Of a stretch of 63,474 nucleotides of DNA, positions 11,152-20,985 are shown one piece after another. The DNA lies in IMG/VR virus record IMGVR_UViG_3300031754_000004, positions 1 to 63,474 of that record; one strand, written 5' to 3'. Position 1 is the stretch's first letter. Every line of letters starts with the position of its first letter. This stretch comes from a virus. Taxonomy: Duplodnaviria; Caudoviricetes. Under the pieces are notes generated by a model, which was given only the letters and a program-made list of their open reading frames with translations, did not search any database and was not told where the DNA came from. A program made the translations under genes and the position numbers.

Positions 11152-12552
11152 TTATTCCTCACGCTGCGCCACAACTTGCTTGGCTAGAGCGTCCAATGAT
11201 TCGTCCGCGGAAGTATTCAGGTCAGCCTTTTTGAGCGGGGCCGGTGGGATTATTGCATCGCCACGATTGCGCGGGATTTGCGCGCGCTTGATGGCATCCA
11301 GTTCGGACTTCAATTTGTCCCGTTCCTTCGTAATCGTGTCGAGCGTTTTGTCCGCCTTCAATGTGGCGATTTGCTGTTCGAGAGCGTTCGCCTTCGCGCG
11401 CCATTTATAGGCCAGCACCGTTCCAACTGCCAACTCCGCGTATCGTTCCGGGGAACGTGAATCCAGATATGAATTGAGTTTATTCATCGCCTGCTGGGCT
11501 TCGGCGTTATGGGCGTCAAGAGCCGCCTTCTCCTCAGCCGTCGCCGCCGCCGGAACCTCTTTTAGAGCCATCCAATCAAAAGACTTGGTGAACTCCAAAG
11601 CCGCGGCCTTGACGGACTGCTGTTCGCGCGCCAACCGCTGTTTGGTGTATTCCGTGGCGTTGCTCGTGGCCTTGGTTATCGCTTTTTCTTTATCAAGACG
11701 AGCCCGTTCATTGTCCACCAAAGTCGCTTCAATGAAGCGCCGGGCCTGTACTGGAAGTTTGTCGAGAATAGGAGCCCAGTCCACATTATCCACACCAATC
11801 TCTTTGATTTTCTCCACCGCATCGGCGGCGACGCCGGTATCAGCCAGCTTTTTGAAAATCATTTCCACATTGGTCTGAATGGCCGAGTCGAATTTCTGAA
11901 ATTCCGGGTCAGCCTTCACATCAAGCGCCGCGTGTTCCTCTCGAAGTGTTTTGAGTTCGGCCAAAATCTCCGGCGGAACTACACCCGAAGTTTTCTTGGC
12001 CTCCTCTAGCTGCGAGGTCAATTCCGTGATTTTGTTTTGCGATTCAGTAAGGGCGCGCGCAACCTCCGCGACCTTATCACGAGCCGCCTGCTTGAGATTA
12101 TCAAAAGCCTCGGCAGATTTCGACTTGGCGTTCGGCGGTAGTTGATGCGCCAAAAACGGGTCAGCCGTTTCAGCAGCTTTCCGGTCAGATTCAGCTTGCG
12201 CCGCCTCCGCGGCTTTTCGGTCGGCTTCAGCTTGCGCCACGGCCTCAGCGGCCTTGCGGTCGGCTTCAGCTTGAGCCGCAGCTTTGGTCGCTTCATCCTC
12301 CACGGGAGGAGCCGCAGCCGCGCCCGAAGCACCAGCTTCCGGGCCTTTAGCTGCCGCAGCCGCTTTGGCGCGCGCCGCCTCAGCCGCCGCAGCCGCATCA
12401 TCCAATATCGGTGCGCCGCCTTTGGCGTCCGACACAGATTTTGCGAGCGCGTCCAGTGAAGCGCCGGCGTCGTTGTCAGTAAAAGATTTCAACGCAACAT
12501 CATCGCTTTTCGCGTGAGCCGCATCCGGGGTCAGGTCAGGTAGGTCAGCCAT
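11152..12552 (-). CDS. Capsid scaffolding protein
   Basis: Ala/Glu/Lys-rich coiled coil between portal and capsid; AQAEADRKAAE repeated three times. Confidence 0.78.
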   Translation of the reverse strand: MADLPDLTPDAAHAKSDDVALKSFTDNDAGASLDALAKSVSDAKGGAPILDDAAAAAEAARAKAAAAAKGPEAGASGAAAAPPVEDEATKAAAQAEADRKAAEAVAQAEADRKAAEAAQAESDRKAAETADPFLAHQLPPNAKSKSAEAFDNLKQAARDKVAEVARALTESQNKITELTSQLEEAKKTSGVVPPEILAELKTLREEHAALDVKADPEFQKFDSAIQTNVEMIFKKLADTGVAADAVEKIKEIGVDNVDWAPILDKLPVQARRFIEATLVDNERARLDKEKAITKATSNATEYTKQRLAREQQSVKAAALEFTKSFDWMALKEVPAAATAEEKAALDAHNAEAQQAMNKLNSYLDSRSPERYAELAVGTVLAYKWRAKANALEQQIATLKADKTLDTITKERDKLKSELDAIKRAQIPRNRGDAIIPPAPLKKADLNTSADESLDALAKQVVAQREE

Positions 12553-12553
12553 A

Positions 12554-12919
12554 CTATACTTTCTTTATGGGAGCAATCTTCGGCGGTGCAGGTTTCGGGC
12601 CCGGTGCCGGAGCTTCCTCCCGTTTTGGTGGTTCGGCCCACGCCGAGTCGTCATCGAGCGAGGGATACATGGTTGGTTGGGTGCCGTCCTCAGTCGGAGG
12701 AACAGTCAACGACAAAATGTTACTAACAGCTTCCTCGTAACCGGAGACATACCGGCCTTGAAGGGCCATCGCCTCTACAGTTGGAGTCGGTAAATTCAAA
12801 CTGGGCCGCATATAATCCAAATGAAGGAGAAAAAGTCGTCCAGTCTTGCTGCTGAGAAATTGTTTCAGCAAAGCGGCGGCGTCAGAATTCCATTTAGAGG
12901 GCTCGGAAACAGTGCTCAC
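12554..12919 (-). CDS. Small head-module protein between portal and scaffold
   Basis: Synteny; F.S.TG..FL..L motif. Confidence 0.7.
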   Translation of the reverse strand: MSTVSEPSKWNSDAAALLKQFLSSKTGRLFLLHLDYMRPSLNLPTPTVEAMALQGRYVSGYEEAVSNILSLTVPPTEDGTQPTMYPSLDDDSAWAEPPKREEAPAPGPKPAPPKIAPIKKV

Positions 12920-15147
12920 TAGGGACTAGGGGGTTGCGTTCCGCCGGGCGGTGGAACAGGTGGTAGCGTGGAGGGTTGGAGGCCGAGTTTGGCCTCAACT
13001 TGACGTTTCACATCTTCAGGAAAATCTTTGTACGAAATTGCGATGGCCTCATGCACCGGAGTAAACGCAAGCGGAGCTTCCGGAGTCGGAGTGGATTCCT
13101 CCGGTTGCTGGTCAACACCGAGAGCCTGCCCTTGGTCGGCGGCTCCGGGCTGATTTCCGGCTGACCGATGCAGTTTGAACAAGGTAGAGGCCACTTTTGT
13201 CAGAAAAATTCGGAAAGGTTGCAGTTGGGCCTTCATTCCAGCCGCTTCGCCGGCTTTCAGATGGTCGGAACCGTGCGCGGCCATGATTTCCATGTATTGC
13301 CACACCGCTTGATTGCCTTTTGCCATCGGAATCAGCTTGGTTATGGCCTGTTGCACAACTTCAAGATGAATAAGGTGATTATCCCGTGGAGAAACCGGAA
13401 TAGGAACACCATTTTTCATGGCATCATTCTCCATTAACTGCGCGCGCTCATTTTCCGCCGTCTCCGTCGGGTCATTTTGCGGCAAAAGCACTTGGTCGGC
13501 GAATTCCGCGCCGAGCAGAGCAGTCAATTTCGCTTTTTCCAGCGCAAGTTGATTGTAGAGGGGGTTGCCCCGGCCCTCTTGGGCGACTGCGGCGATGATT
13601 TGACGCTCTTGGTCGGTGAAATCCTTGACCGTATGAACCGCCGGCTGTTTGGAGAGATACTCAATTTCCTCATCGCTCAAAAATTTCTTCAGCCGGTCTT
13701 GCAATTCCTTCGCATCCTTGTCAACTGTTTCCGGGTCGCAAAGCCGGCGCTGAATCGTGGACATGAACCGGGCAAATTGGAGGATAAACCGTTCCATAAC
13801 GGTGTCCTGTTTCTCCTGTTCGCGCGCAGCCTGAAGATTAACCTCCTCCTTATTGATTCGTTCCCGGTCGGGAAGCGTGTTCGGCGAGGTATTCCCACCA
13901 ATTTCATTCAGGAGATTGGTCAAAAACTTGTCCAACTCCATGAACGCTTCCATGTTGGTATCAAGTTTATTTTCCTTGTAGGTAAAAGCGTTCCCAATCA
14001 GGATAGCATTGCCGAAAACCGACATCCGAAAGCGCTTCAGTTCCTTTTCATCGCACTGAAGAATCATTTTCCCGCTGAGTTGAAGCCGGTCAACTGCCTC
14101 ATTCCGGGAACGGTCGAGCACTTGGGCGATATTGTAAAGTTCCCGGCCAATTCCTTTGGAGCCGTGGATACGTCCGTTACCGTGCTGGAAGGAGAAAAAG
14201 GCTGCGGCATCGTCCATGCGCTCAAATTGCTTGTTCGCCCAAAAGAGTTGCTTGCCGGAACGGTCGTCGAACGCAACGTGGGTTACGAAGCCATCCACTT
14301 CGGTAACAAAAACATGCCAAACAATGACGGCTTTTGCGCCGGTGAACGAGGATAGGATGGCGGATTCACGCACGAGGTCGGCATATACCCGGCTGTAATC
14401 CGTTTGGTAAGACCGGCGGTCATCCGGGATGGCGTTATTGATGGCCTCGACTACATTGGGGACAGTCCAGCCGGCCACATCGGCGGCGTTGAAATCCCGA
14501 ACCATGTCAAACAATGTATGAACGGGATAACTGTCGCGGATGCACACCACGACCGCTGACCGGCTGTGATGTTTCGTTCCCTGCGGGACAAGGAACGAAT
14601 CTTGGTCGTAGTAGCGCGGGAACCAAGAATAAGAGTCCAGCCAAGCAGCGCAAACATACCCGAACAGGGTATTTTCTTGTGCGATGTCATTAACTAGCTC
14701 ATCCCATTTTTCGTGAGCGCGGCAGGTTTCACTAATTTCACGTTGAAACTTTTCGGATTTCTCCGCTGCGTTATCAAATTTGTCCGGTAAAGTAGCCGAG
14801 GTAAGATACTTCATTCCGCGTATAGCAGACGTAAAACGCGGAACCACTTTATCAATTAAAATAGTAAGAGGTTTGGTAGTAAAGTTGGTTCGCCACGATA
14901 ATCCATCAGCCTTCAGTTGGTGCGGGTTGTAGGGTCGCTCGGCATTGTACCGTTCGAGAATACGGGAGTTCTTTTTCTCTCGTTCCCGATTTTCCGCTTG
15001 TAAAGACCTAACAAGTTGTAGAGCCTGACCAATATCAGTAATCGCGGGGACATGCTGCTGCATGTCGTTATTCAACGCCGGAGAATTTGGCGCGTCACCC
15101 AAGGGTGAGACGACATTACTTTGCAAGCCCTGATAAGTAGTGGACAT
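12919..15147 (-). CDS. Portal protein
   Basis: 742 aa upstream of scaffold; HGSKGIGR, PVSPRDNHLIHL and C-terminal SYKDFPEDVKRQ motifs resemble podovirus-type portals. Confidence 0.82.
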   Translation of the reverse strand: MSTTYQGLQSNVVSPLGDAPNSPALNNDMQQHVPAITDIGQALQLVRSLQAENREREKKNSRILERYNAERPYNPHQLKADGLSWRTNFTTKPLTILIDKVVPRFTSAIRGMKYLTSATLPDKFDNAAEKSEKFQREISETCRAHEKWDELVNDIAQENTLFGYVCAAWLDSYSWFPRYYDQDSFLVPQGTKHHSRSAVVVCIRDSYPVHTLFDMVRDFNAADVAGWTVPNVVEAINNAIPDDRRSYQTDYSRVYADLVRESAILSSFTGAKAVIVWHVFVTEVDGFVTHVAFDDRSGKQLFWANKQFERMDDAAAFFSFQHGNGRIHGSKGIGRELYNIAQVLDRSRNEAVDRLQLSGKMILQCDEKELKRFRMSVFGNAILIGNAFTYKENKLDTNMEAFMELDKFLTNLLNEIGGNTSPNTLPDRERINKEEVNLQAAREQEKQDTVMERFILQFARFMSTIQRRLCDPETVDKDAKELQDRLKKFLSDEEIEYLSKQPAVHTVKDFTDQERQIIAAVAQEGRGNPLYNQLALEKAKLTALLGAEFADQVLLPQNDPTETAENERAQLMENDAMKNGVPIPVSPRDNHLIHLEVVQQAITKLIPMAKGNQAVWQYMEIMAAHGSDHLKAGEAAGMKAQLQPFRIFLTKVASTLFKLHRSAGNQPGAADQGQALGVDQQPEESTPTPEAPLAFTPVHEAIAISYKDFPEDVKRQVEAKLGLQPSTLPPVPPPGGTQPPSP

Positions 15148-15608
15148 TATGATTGATTCCCGCGTTTACAAACCTCGACAAAATCAAAATCAGGCTTATC
15201 CGATTCCAGAAAGGGAACGCCTTGAACATAGTCTTGGGCCCGGTCTAACAAGTGGGCAGAGTCTTTGAAATGGCCTAGACCAGTATTACAATTATCACAA
15301 AGTAAACCCCGAATCGCCATTGTCGTATGGTCGTGGTCAACAAATAAACGACCTCCACGAGATTCTGATTCCAAACACCGACAAAGGGAACATCGCCCTA
15401 CTTGTTGAAGTAGAAGCCGACTATAGTCCATTTCAAAAAAAATTAAACCCAATTCTCTCCATTGTGCTTCTCGACAGCGAATACGTTCACGCTCCAAATT
15501 GCCCGGCTTGGCAAGTCGTTTTACGCGATAAGCCGCAATCTTTTCAGGATGGGCTCGTCTCCAAGCCTCGATTACGGCTTTATTTTTCTCAGGGTCAGCG
15601 TAGGGCAT
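15147..15608 (-). CDS. Endonuclease VII-family HNH homing endonuclease
   Basis: QVGRCSLC...LFVDHDH...IRGLLCDNCNTGLGHFKD. Confidence 0.9.
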   Translation of the reverse strand: MPYADPEKNKAVIEAWRRAHPEKIAAYRVKRLAKPGNLERERIRCREAQWRELGLIFFEMDYSRLLLQQVGRCSLCRCLESESRGGRLFVDHDHTTMAIRGLLCDNCNTGLGHFKDSAHLLDRAQDYVQGVPFLESDKPDFDFVEVCKRGNQS

Positions 15609-15609
15609 A

Positions 15610-15855
15610 TCAAATTTTTACTTCAGGCCATAGACCGCGCGGGCACTTCTCAGTTGCCAGCCGAGCCTTGAGACTTACGATACAGGCACAAACCATGCAC
15701 CGCCCAGTCTCGGCATCAAAACACTTACCAGCGTTGGACGTACAAATCGCAGTACGTTCATACAAAACTTCCGGTCGGACAAAAACTCTTTTACGTCCGA
15801 TAATCGCCCCGGCCACTCGAATAGTAGCCTTAGCTACGTTCTCGGCGGCTCCCAT
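15610..15855 (-). CDS. Cys-rich zinc-binding protein (DUF6171-like)
   Basis: RTAIC...C...CMVCAC...KARL...CP.G.W. Confidence 0.7.
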   Translation of the reverse strand: MGAAENVAKATIRVAGAIIGRKRVFVRPEVLYERTAICTSNAGKCFDAETGRCMVCACIVSLKARLATEKCPRGLWPEVKI

Positions 15856-15860
15856 AAAAT

Positions 15861-16049
15861 TCAGGGCCTCAAATGCGGATAATGCCGATAGACCGCATCA
15901 CGGACACGATGTTCCTCCGGCTTGCCAGAGGCGCGCGCCAGCGCATTTTTCGCGTGCGACAAATCGTGAATCGGATACGACCGGGTTTCGGGAATCGCAA
16001 AGTTGTGCCGGGCAATATGCTCGCGGCCTTTCGTGGTCAATTTTGCCAT
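15861..16049 (-). CDS. Small basic head-associated protein (DUF6582-like)
   Basis: FAIP..RSYPIHD..HAKNALAR motif; start ATG 16049. Confidence 0.65.
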   Translation of the reverse strand: MAKLTTKGREHIARHNFAIPETRSYPIHDLSHAKNALARASGKPEEHRVRDAVYRHYPHLRP

Positions 16050-16050
16050 A

Positions 16051-16233
16051 TTACATGGGGCACAAAGGGAGACGCGCGGGGCCGACGCCAGTGGCAAGTT
16101 TCAATCCCTGCCGGCGCGCGTACCGCACACAATCCAACCATGTACCCGTCATCACTGTAGTATTGTCCAACACCCTCAGCACATACCCACTCGTGTAGAG
16201 CCGGGATTTGAAACAATACAAGGTCACATTCAT
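16051..16233 (-). CDS. Hypothetical protein
   Basis: Fills the gap with tight spacing. Confidence 0.4.
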   Translation of the reverse strand: MNVTLYCFKSRLYTSGYVLRVLDNTTVMTGTWLDCVRYARRQGLKLATGVGPARLPLCPM

Positions 16234-16258
16234 ATTATGGCCGTTCAGGTCGCAAATA

Positions 16259-17026
16259 TCAACCGGGTGGGAAATAGGCCCGAAGGTGCGCCATCATTGG
16301 CTCATTTAGTCCTCCGGGGCCCGTGCTGAGAAGGCCGCAAGTTTGAAAACAGCGGTCAAGCTGCTTATCGTCCATCGGGGAATCAATCTTCAAATCCATC
16401 CGGCGCTCGCCTTTTAAGCCCAACCAATTACAATAAAGCGACCGAAAAAGTAATCCGTAAGTGGCCGCCCAGTCAAATAATTCATCGCCAACAACGACCT
16501 CTAGGGATAGTCTATCCAATAAAATTGGCGCATGGCATTCAAAATCCGTAACGGGGAGTCCTTTCGATTCAAGTGCCTGTTTTGTAGCGAGCAACGCTCG
16601 GACATACGGACTTTCAGCTTGCTCCTCCCTCCATTCAATGTGTTGCGGCAACGTCCCTTGCCGGTAATACGGAATTCCAGCAGCGGGATACTCCTGAAGG
16701 AAAAAGAAATCGTCATTCATCAAGACGAAGTTCGGAGCCGCGTTCTCCAACTTTACCGCGCGCTGCAATTTGGCCCGGACATTGTGCTGGCTGGTCTTGA
16801 ATTTATCCTCCATCGGGATACGCTCAAAATCCACGCACACATCCTCCGGGAATCGCGGAGCCTCACCAATGACGTAGATACGCCGGTATCCCTTGAGATG
16901 TTTCTTGACCGACCGGAGCGAGTACAGCATTTCCAAATCGAAGTCCTTGTCGTGGACTCGTCGGAACACATACACTACATCAGTCGGTTCACCTGTAGAT
17001 ACAACAACGGGGGTAACGCTTGACAT
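16259..17026 (-). CDS. Stealth-family (sugar-1-phosphate transferase-like) protein
   Basis: DVVYV, EMLYSLRSVKKH..YRRIYVIG, FVLMNDDFF and HAP motifs. Confidence 0.8.
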   Translation of the reverse strand: MSSVTPVVVSTGEPTDVVYVFRRVHDKDFDLEMLYSLRSVKKHLKGYRRIYVIGEAPRFPEDVCVDFERIPMEDKFKTSQHNVRAKLQRAVKLENAAPNFVLMNDDFFFLQEYPAAGIPYYRQGTLPQHIEWREEQAESPYVRALLATKQALESKGLPVTDFECHAPILLDRLSLEVVVGDELFDWAATYGLLFRSLYCNWLGLKGERRMDLKIDSPMDDKQLDRCFQTCGLLSTGPGGLNEPMMAHLRAYFPPG

Positions 17027-17852
17027 AATAATCCATTATTTCTGCGCGGACGTTTCCGAGCGGCTGACCAATTCGTTGCCGATAAGCGGCGACCACGCGG
17101 AGCAAATCGTTGAAACTGGTTCCAAAATGAGTGATGCCATCCCGGTCAACATACCGATACCCGCCCGGCGGACGTATGCCGGGATTTAGATACCACTGTT
17201 TCGCGGGATTCAAATACTCTGCCGGAGCCGCCGGTTGTGCCACTCTCTGTCCTTTCCAGTATTCAGCTACGCGACGATTGTGCGAAGGGTCATTCAAATG
17301 AGAGACATCCTGTTCCCCGGTGTCCAGCCGATAAAAATGCGTGACCATGATGCCCTCCATCAAACCGACTTTCACCCCGCCGGCCTTGAGGGTACGGCTC
17401 CACGCGCTATCTATCCCAAGAATTTTTCCATGCTGGCTGCCAGTAGTCGGGAACGGAAATTTCTTCCAGATTTTTTTCGAGAACGCGAAGAAAAAGCCGG
17501 CGAAGAATCCCCGAATAGGTGTGACGCGGTTCCGGTATGACCGGGCGCGCGCGTCGGCGATTTTCTTCAGGTTGACCAGATTCTTTTCCTCCCGGATACC
17601 GGGACTGTTTTGAATCTGTTGCTGACACCGGGCGCAGAGCCGGTTGGTCATTGCGGTGAAAACTTGATATTCCGGGTAGTCCCGGATGGCGTCTTGAAGT
17701 TGCGATTCTATGGATTGACTACAAAATACCATCGCATCAAAATCCATAAACACGGCCCAATCGTCATCTCCCGGTAAAAGTGCGGCGTGCTGATTATAGG
17801 CTTCACCCAATCCATCGGGACTATAAGGTGTGAAATAAAAAAATCTAGGCAT
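16989..17852 (-). CDS. GT-A glycosyltransferase-like domain fused to a PPGGY-motif C-terminal domain
   Basis: LGEAYN...WAVFMDFDAM...GID...HFYR; C-terminal RPPGGYRYVD...AAYRQR. Confidence 0.68.
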   Translation of the reverse strand: MPRFFYFTPYSPDGLGEAYNQHAALLPGDDDWAVFMDFDAMVFCSQSIESQLQDAIRDYPEYQVFTAMTNRLCARCQQQIQNSPGIREEKNLVNLKKIADARARSYRNRVTPIRGFFAGFFFAFSKKIWKKFPFPTTGSQHGKILGIDSAWSRTLKAGGVKVGLMEGIMVTHFYRLDTGEQDVSHLNDPSHNRRVAEYWKGQRVAQPAAPAEYLNPAKQWYLNPGIRPPGGYRYVDRDGITHFGTSFNDLLRVVAAYRQRIGQPLGNVRAEIMDYYVKRYPRCCIYR

Positions 17853-18414
17853 TCAACCCCCGTCTTGAAATTTCAGCTAGTAATTCTTTATCCGAAAATT
17901 TCGATAACGATTGATTCTTTCTACGGTTAGCGGTCTGCTCTTGAGCGGTAGCCCAACGAACATTATCGGGCTCATACCCTTCAGCATTGTTAATTCGGTC
18001 TAAAGAATGGTCAGAAGAAGGGCGGGGGCCGATATGGGCAACGAAATCCTCAACTCCATAACGGGGCTGTTGCCATTGTAAACAAACTGCAATTCCCCGG
18101 TCATAATAATCGGAATGAGCTTCATGGTCGGGTTTGCACCTCTGAATTGCCGCTGCCAACGCCCGACCTTCAACAGTGCGGGAAAGACCGTGAAAACGGA
18201 AACTGTGTTTTGCTCTGCGCGCAGCATTACCTTGTTTGAAACACCCACAAGATTGAGTATTCCCACTTTTTAAGGAATGGGTCGCTGGCTTCGAGGAGCC
18301 CCCACAATCACATTGGCACAACCAACGGGCGCGTGAAGATTTATCATTCGAGAGACGTTGAATTACAACAAGTCTCCCAAATCGTCGGCCCGTAAGGTCG
18401 GCAAACTTTCCCAT
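17845..18414 (-). CDS. HNH-type homing endonuclease
   Basis: DLTGRRFGRLVV, WLCQCDCG, SCGC, SLDRINNAEGYEPDNVRWAT. Confidence 0.9.
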   Translation of the reverse strand: MGKFADLTGRRFGRLVVIQRLSNDKSSRARWLCQCDCGGSSKPATHSLKSGNTQSCGCFKQGNAARRAKHSFRFHGLSRTVEGRALAAAIQRCKPDHEAHSDYYDRGIAVCLQWQQPRYGVEDFVAHIGPRPSSDHSLDRINNAEGYEPDNVRWATAQEQTANRRKNQSLSKFSDKELLAEISRRGLNA

Positions 18415-18432
18415 AGGTAGCGCCTTATGGGA

Positions 18433-18660
18433 TTAGTTGCCGTTGCGAAAACTGATTTCCGAGGGAAGTTTTTCCGACTCGTTCGAGTGAAAGGTCGGAT
18501 TTTCAACTTCGCCAGTTTTGGTAAACCCGCGGTCGTCGCCGGTGCGCGGCATCTTTACCGCGGGGCCGGCATCGCAAGTGCAAACTTCCGGCTCAACACT
18601 GGTCGTGGCCGGGGTCAGAACGGGACTTTCGAGAATTACGTTTTGGTCGCCGAGTGCCAT
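18433..18660 (-). CDS. Small paralogous peptide 3
   Basis: RTGDDRGFTKTGEV motif shared with the upstream neighbour. Confidence 0.7.
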   Translation of the reverse strand: MALGDQNVILESPVLTPATTSVEPEVCTCDAGPAVKMPRTGDDRGFTKTGEVENPTFHSNESEKLPSEISFRNGN

Positions 18661-18663
18661 AGA

Positions 18664-18879
18664 TTATGAGGTTTTGAACGGAGGCGCATCGCACACTTCG
18701 TCCGTTTTGGTGAATCCCCGTTCGTCGCCGGTTCGTTCCGGGGTGTACTCGGAATAGGAATGCGAGGAAAGCGCGTCGTGTCGCACGAGCGGTTTCAACG
18801 GAGCCGGCTGTTTGATGCCGTTGGAAGCCTGTTCCATTGGATTCACCAAGTCCGGAAGGTTTGTGGTTTGGTTTTGCAT
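18664..18879 (-). CDS. Small paralogous peptide 2
   Basis: Start ATG 18879; NGIK..LKPLVRHD..SEYTPERTGDERGFTKTDEV. Confidence 0.7.
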   Translation of the reverse strand: MQNQTTNLPDLVNPMEQASNGIKQPAPLKPLVRHDALSSHSYSEYTPERTGDERGFTKTDEVCDAPPFKTS

Positions 18880-18883
18880 AAGA

Positions 18884-19168
18884 TTATTGAAGGTCGCCCT
18901 TCCCAGTTTTGGGCGCGGTGAATTCGGAGTATTCACAATGGTCGCCCATGTCATGCTGCACGAGCGGCTTGAGCCCCGGCGACATTTTCACACCATTGGC
19001 ATCGGCTTCAAGCGGAGCAGCGTCCGGCACCGGGTAATCAGACCGACTTGCGGTACTGGGTTGCGTCTCCGCTTGATACGGAGACTTCTCCAAAACCGAA
19101 CCGCAATAACGGTCGGCCTCATTTGTGCTCGGCGTCCGGTCGCCCAAAGGTTTTTTTGTTTCGTCCAT
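18884..19168 (-). CDS. Small paralogous peptide 1
   Basis: Start ATG 19168; NGVK..LKPLVQHD..SEFTAPKTG. Confidence 0.7.
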   Translation of the reverse strand: MDETKKPLGDRTPSTNEADRYCGSVLEKSPYQAETQPSTASRSDYPVPDAAPLEADANGVKMSPGLKPLVQHDMGDHCEYSEFTAPKTGKGDLQ

Positions 19169-19172
19169 AAAT

Positions 19173-19694
19173 TTACTTGGCGGGGGCGGGAGCAGGAACT
19201 TCGGCAACCTTGGTTACGGCAGCAACCACTATCGGAACTTTCTTGGAAAGGTGGGAAGTCAAAAACGATTCAAGCTTCAACGCTACTGGTTTCACCCGCG
19301 CCCAGTCCACGACAATCAAATACAAGGCAGCGCCGACAAGGACGATAGCCGTAATCAAAAGCCAATGATACGCAACGTAAATTCCGGCGACCGGCAAGAG
19401 GACGCCACCGATAAGAAACTTGATGCCGGAGACAAGGCACCCACGATAAATGGACAGGGCCCCAAGACCGACACAGGCGATACCGCCCAAAATACAAATT
19501 GTGGCGAACCAGTTGAAAGTGCTCTGAATTGCTTTGCTCGCAGTTGGTGCGCTGGTCGCATTGTGAACGGCTGTGGTAGCCGCCGAACCCGGCGAGGACG
19601 GCCCCGGCACGGAATCATACAAGGAAGGAAGATGAACGCAACCCGTCAGACAGAGCAGAGCGAGCGCAGCGAATAGGGAGACGAGGAATTTCAT
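19173..19694 (-). CDS. Lipoprotein with about three C-terminal TM helices (lysis/spanin-like candidate)
   Basis: Lipobox LTG-C19; hydrophobic segments follow. Confidence 0.7.
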   Translation of the reverse strand: MKFLVSLFAALALLCLTGCVHLPSLYDSVPGPSSPGSAATTAVHNATSAPTASKAIQSTFNWFATICILGGIACVGLGALSIYRGCLVSGIKFLIGGVLLPVAGIYVAYHWLLITAIVLVGAALYLIVVDWARVKPVALKLESFLTSHLSKKVPIVVAAVTKVAEVPAPAPAK

Positions 19695-19867
19695 GGTTTA
19701 TAGGGGATGGTCGGTTTTACAGCGGGAGGCGGTTGGATACGAAGCGGCATTACCCTTGGTTGGGCCTTCGTTGCTCGTTTCGCTCTCTGTGACGCATCCC
19801 ATTGATTTCGAGCAGGCACCAGTTTATATTGCCCGGAAACCTGTTCATTCACGTCGGTAGTATGGCC

Positions 19868-20155
19868 CTACCGCCGCCGTTTGTCAACCACTGGAATCGC
19901 GGTCGCAGCCACAATTAACTTGGGTTGTTCCGGGGGCGGCAAACCCAAGGCCACCCGGAGCTCCTCCCAACCATCCGGCGGGATTGATTTGTTCGTCCGC
20001 GCCGCCCACCGATACATCTTTTCCGCAATTCGAGCGACGAGCGCCAAGCGTGGAAGAAGCTTTTCCAATTCCTCAAGCTTCTGTTTATCAGAAAATTCAG
20101 GTAAGGGCGCTTCAGCCAGATTCAACACATTATTCGGAATGGTAGATTCACTCAT
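19868..20155 (-). CDS. Hypothetical protein
   Basis: MSESTIP start overlaps the stop of the protease gene (ATGA). Confidence 0.6.
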   Translation of the reverse strand: MSESTIPNNVLNLAEAPLPEFSDKQKLEELEKLLPRLALVARIAEKMYRWAARTNKSIPPDGWEELRVALGLPPPEQPKLIVAATAIPVVDKRRR

Positions 20156-20985
20156 AGATTTGAAAATTGACTGGGCATCGGTACCGTAGTAAACATGGCC
20201 CACAGCACATGATTCTGTTCCGCCCACGAATAGATGCAGCGTGCGGGCGTATCAAAACAAATCGAAGCGGTCATTATTGACTCCGTAAGTCCGATGCAAT
20301 GGCCCTCCGCATTGAATACCCCACAACCGGAGCAGCCAAAGAATGACGCGCAATCCAACTGGTCAAAAACTTGGCCGGTCATCAAACGGTCAGGCGCGGA
20401 AACTACACCGACAAAAAAGCTGGGCGGATTGGCCTCCCCGCCGGCAGCGCCGAGCATGTAAACCGCAGACCCCGCCTCCGGCAATTTCACATCGAAGTCC
20501 ACAGAGCCAGTGTCGAGCGGCGCATTCATCACTTCAAGCAACGCAACATCCACTTCGTCCCGGCCCAAGCCACCGATGGCGATGAGTTTGGCCTGATAGT
20601 CAACGTGGTCAATTTTGACTTTGATAACGACCGGCCCCGCCGGCGGTTTCGGTTCGACCTTCTTTTTCTTCTTCGATTCCGCAGCATCGGGCGGCTGGGG
20701 AATTAAAACGTGAGCACAAGTCCAGACGAATACCGCCACATGCCCGTCCGGGGTGATGCGCCGGGTTATCACGCCGCTCCCAAGCTGGTCGCCGGCTTCC
20801 ACCAATGCGAAGTCATCGGCAGCACGGATAGCAATAGCCCTTACAGATAGTTCCGTCGGGGCCACAATCACCGGCTGCAATTTAGCCGTAGCTTGCATGT
20901 CTGGTTTTTTCACAGGAATAACGAGCGTGCCGACAAGCAGAATAAAGAGCAAAAAGCCGACAAGGAGAGGATGGGGAGGTTTCAT
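20152..20985 (-). CDS. Membrane-anchored trypsin-like serine protease
   Basis: N-terminal TM segment; catalytic-triad motifs WTCAHV, DVALL, FGCSGCGVF. Confidence 0.85.
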   Translation of the reverse strand: MKPPHPLLVGFLLFILLVGTLVIPVKKPDMQATAKLQPVIVAPTELSVRAIAIRAADDFALVEAGDQLGSGVITRRITPDGHVAVFVWTCAHVLIPQPPDAAESKKKKKVEPKPPAGPVVIKVKIDHVDYQAKLIAIGGLGRDEVDVALLEVMNAPLDTGSVDFDVKLPEAGSAVYMLGAAGGEANPPSFFVGVVSAPDRLMTGQVFDQLDCASFFGCSGCGVFNAEGHCIGLTESIMTASICFDTPARCIYSWAEQNHVLWAMFTTVPMPSQFSNL

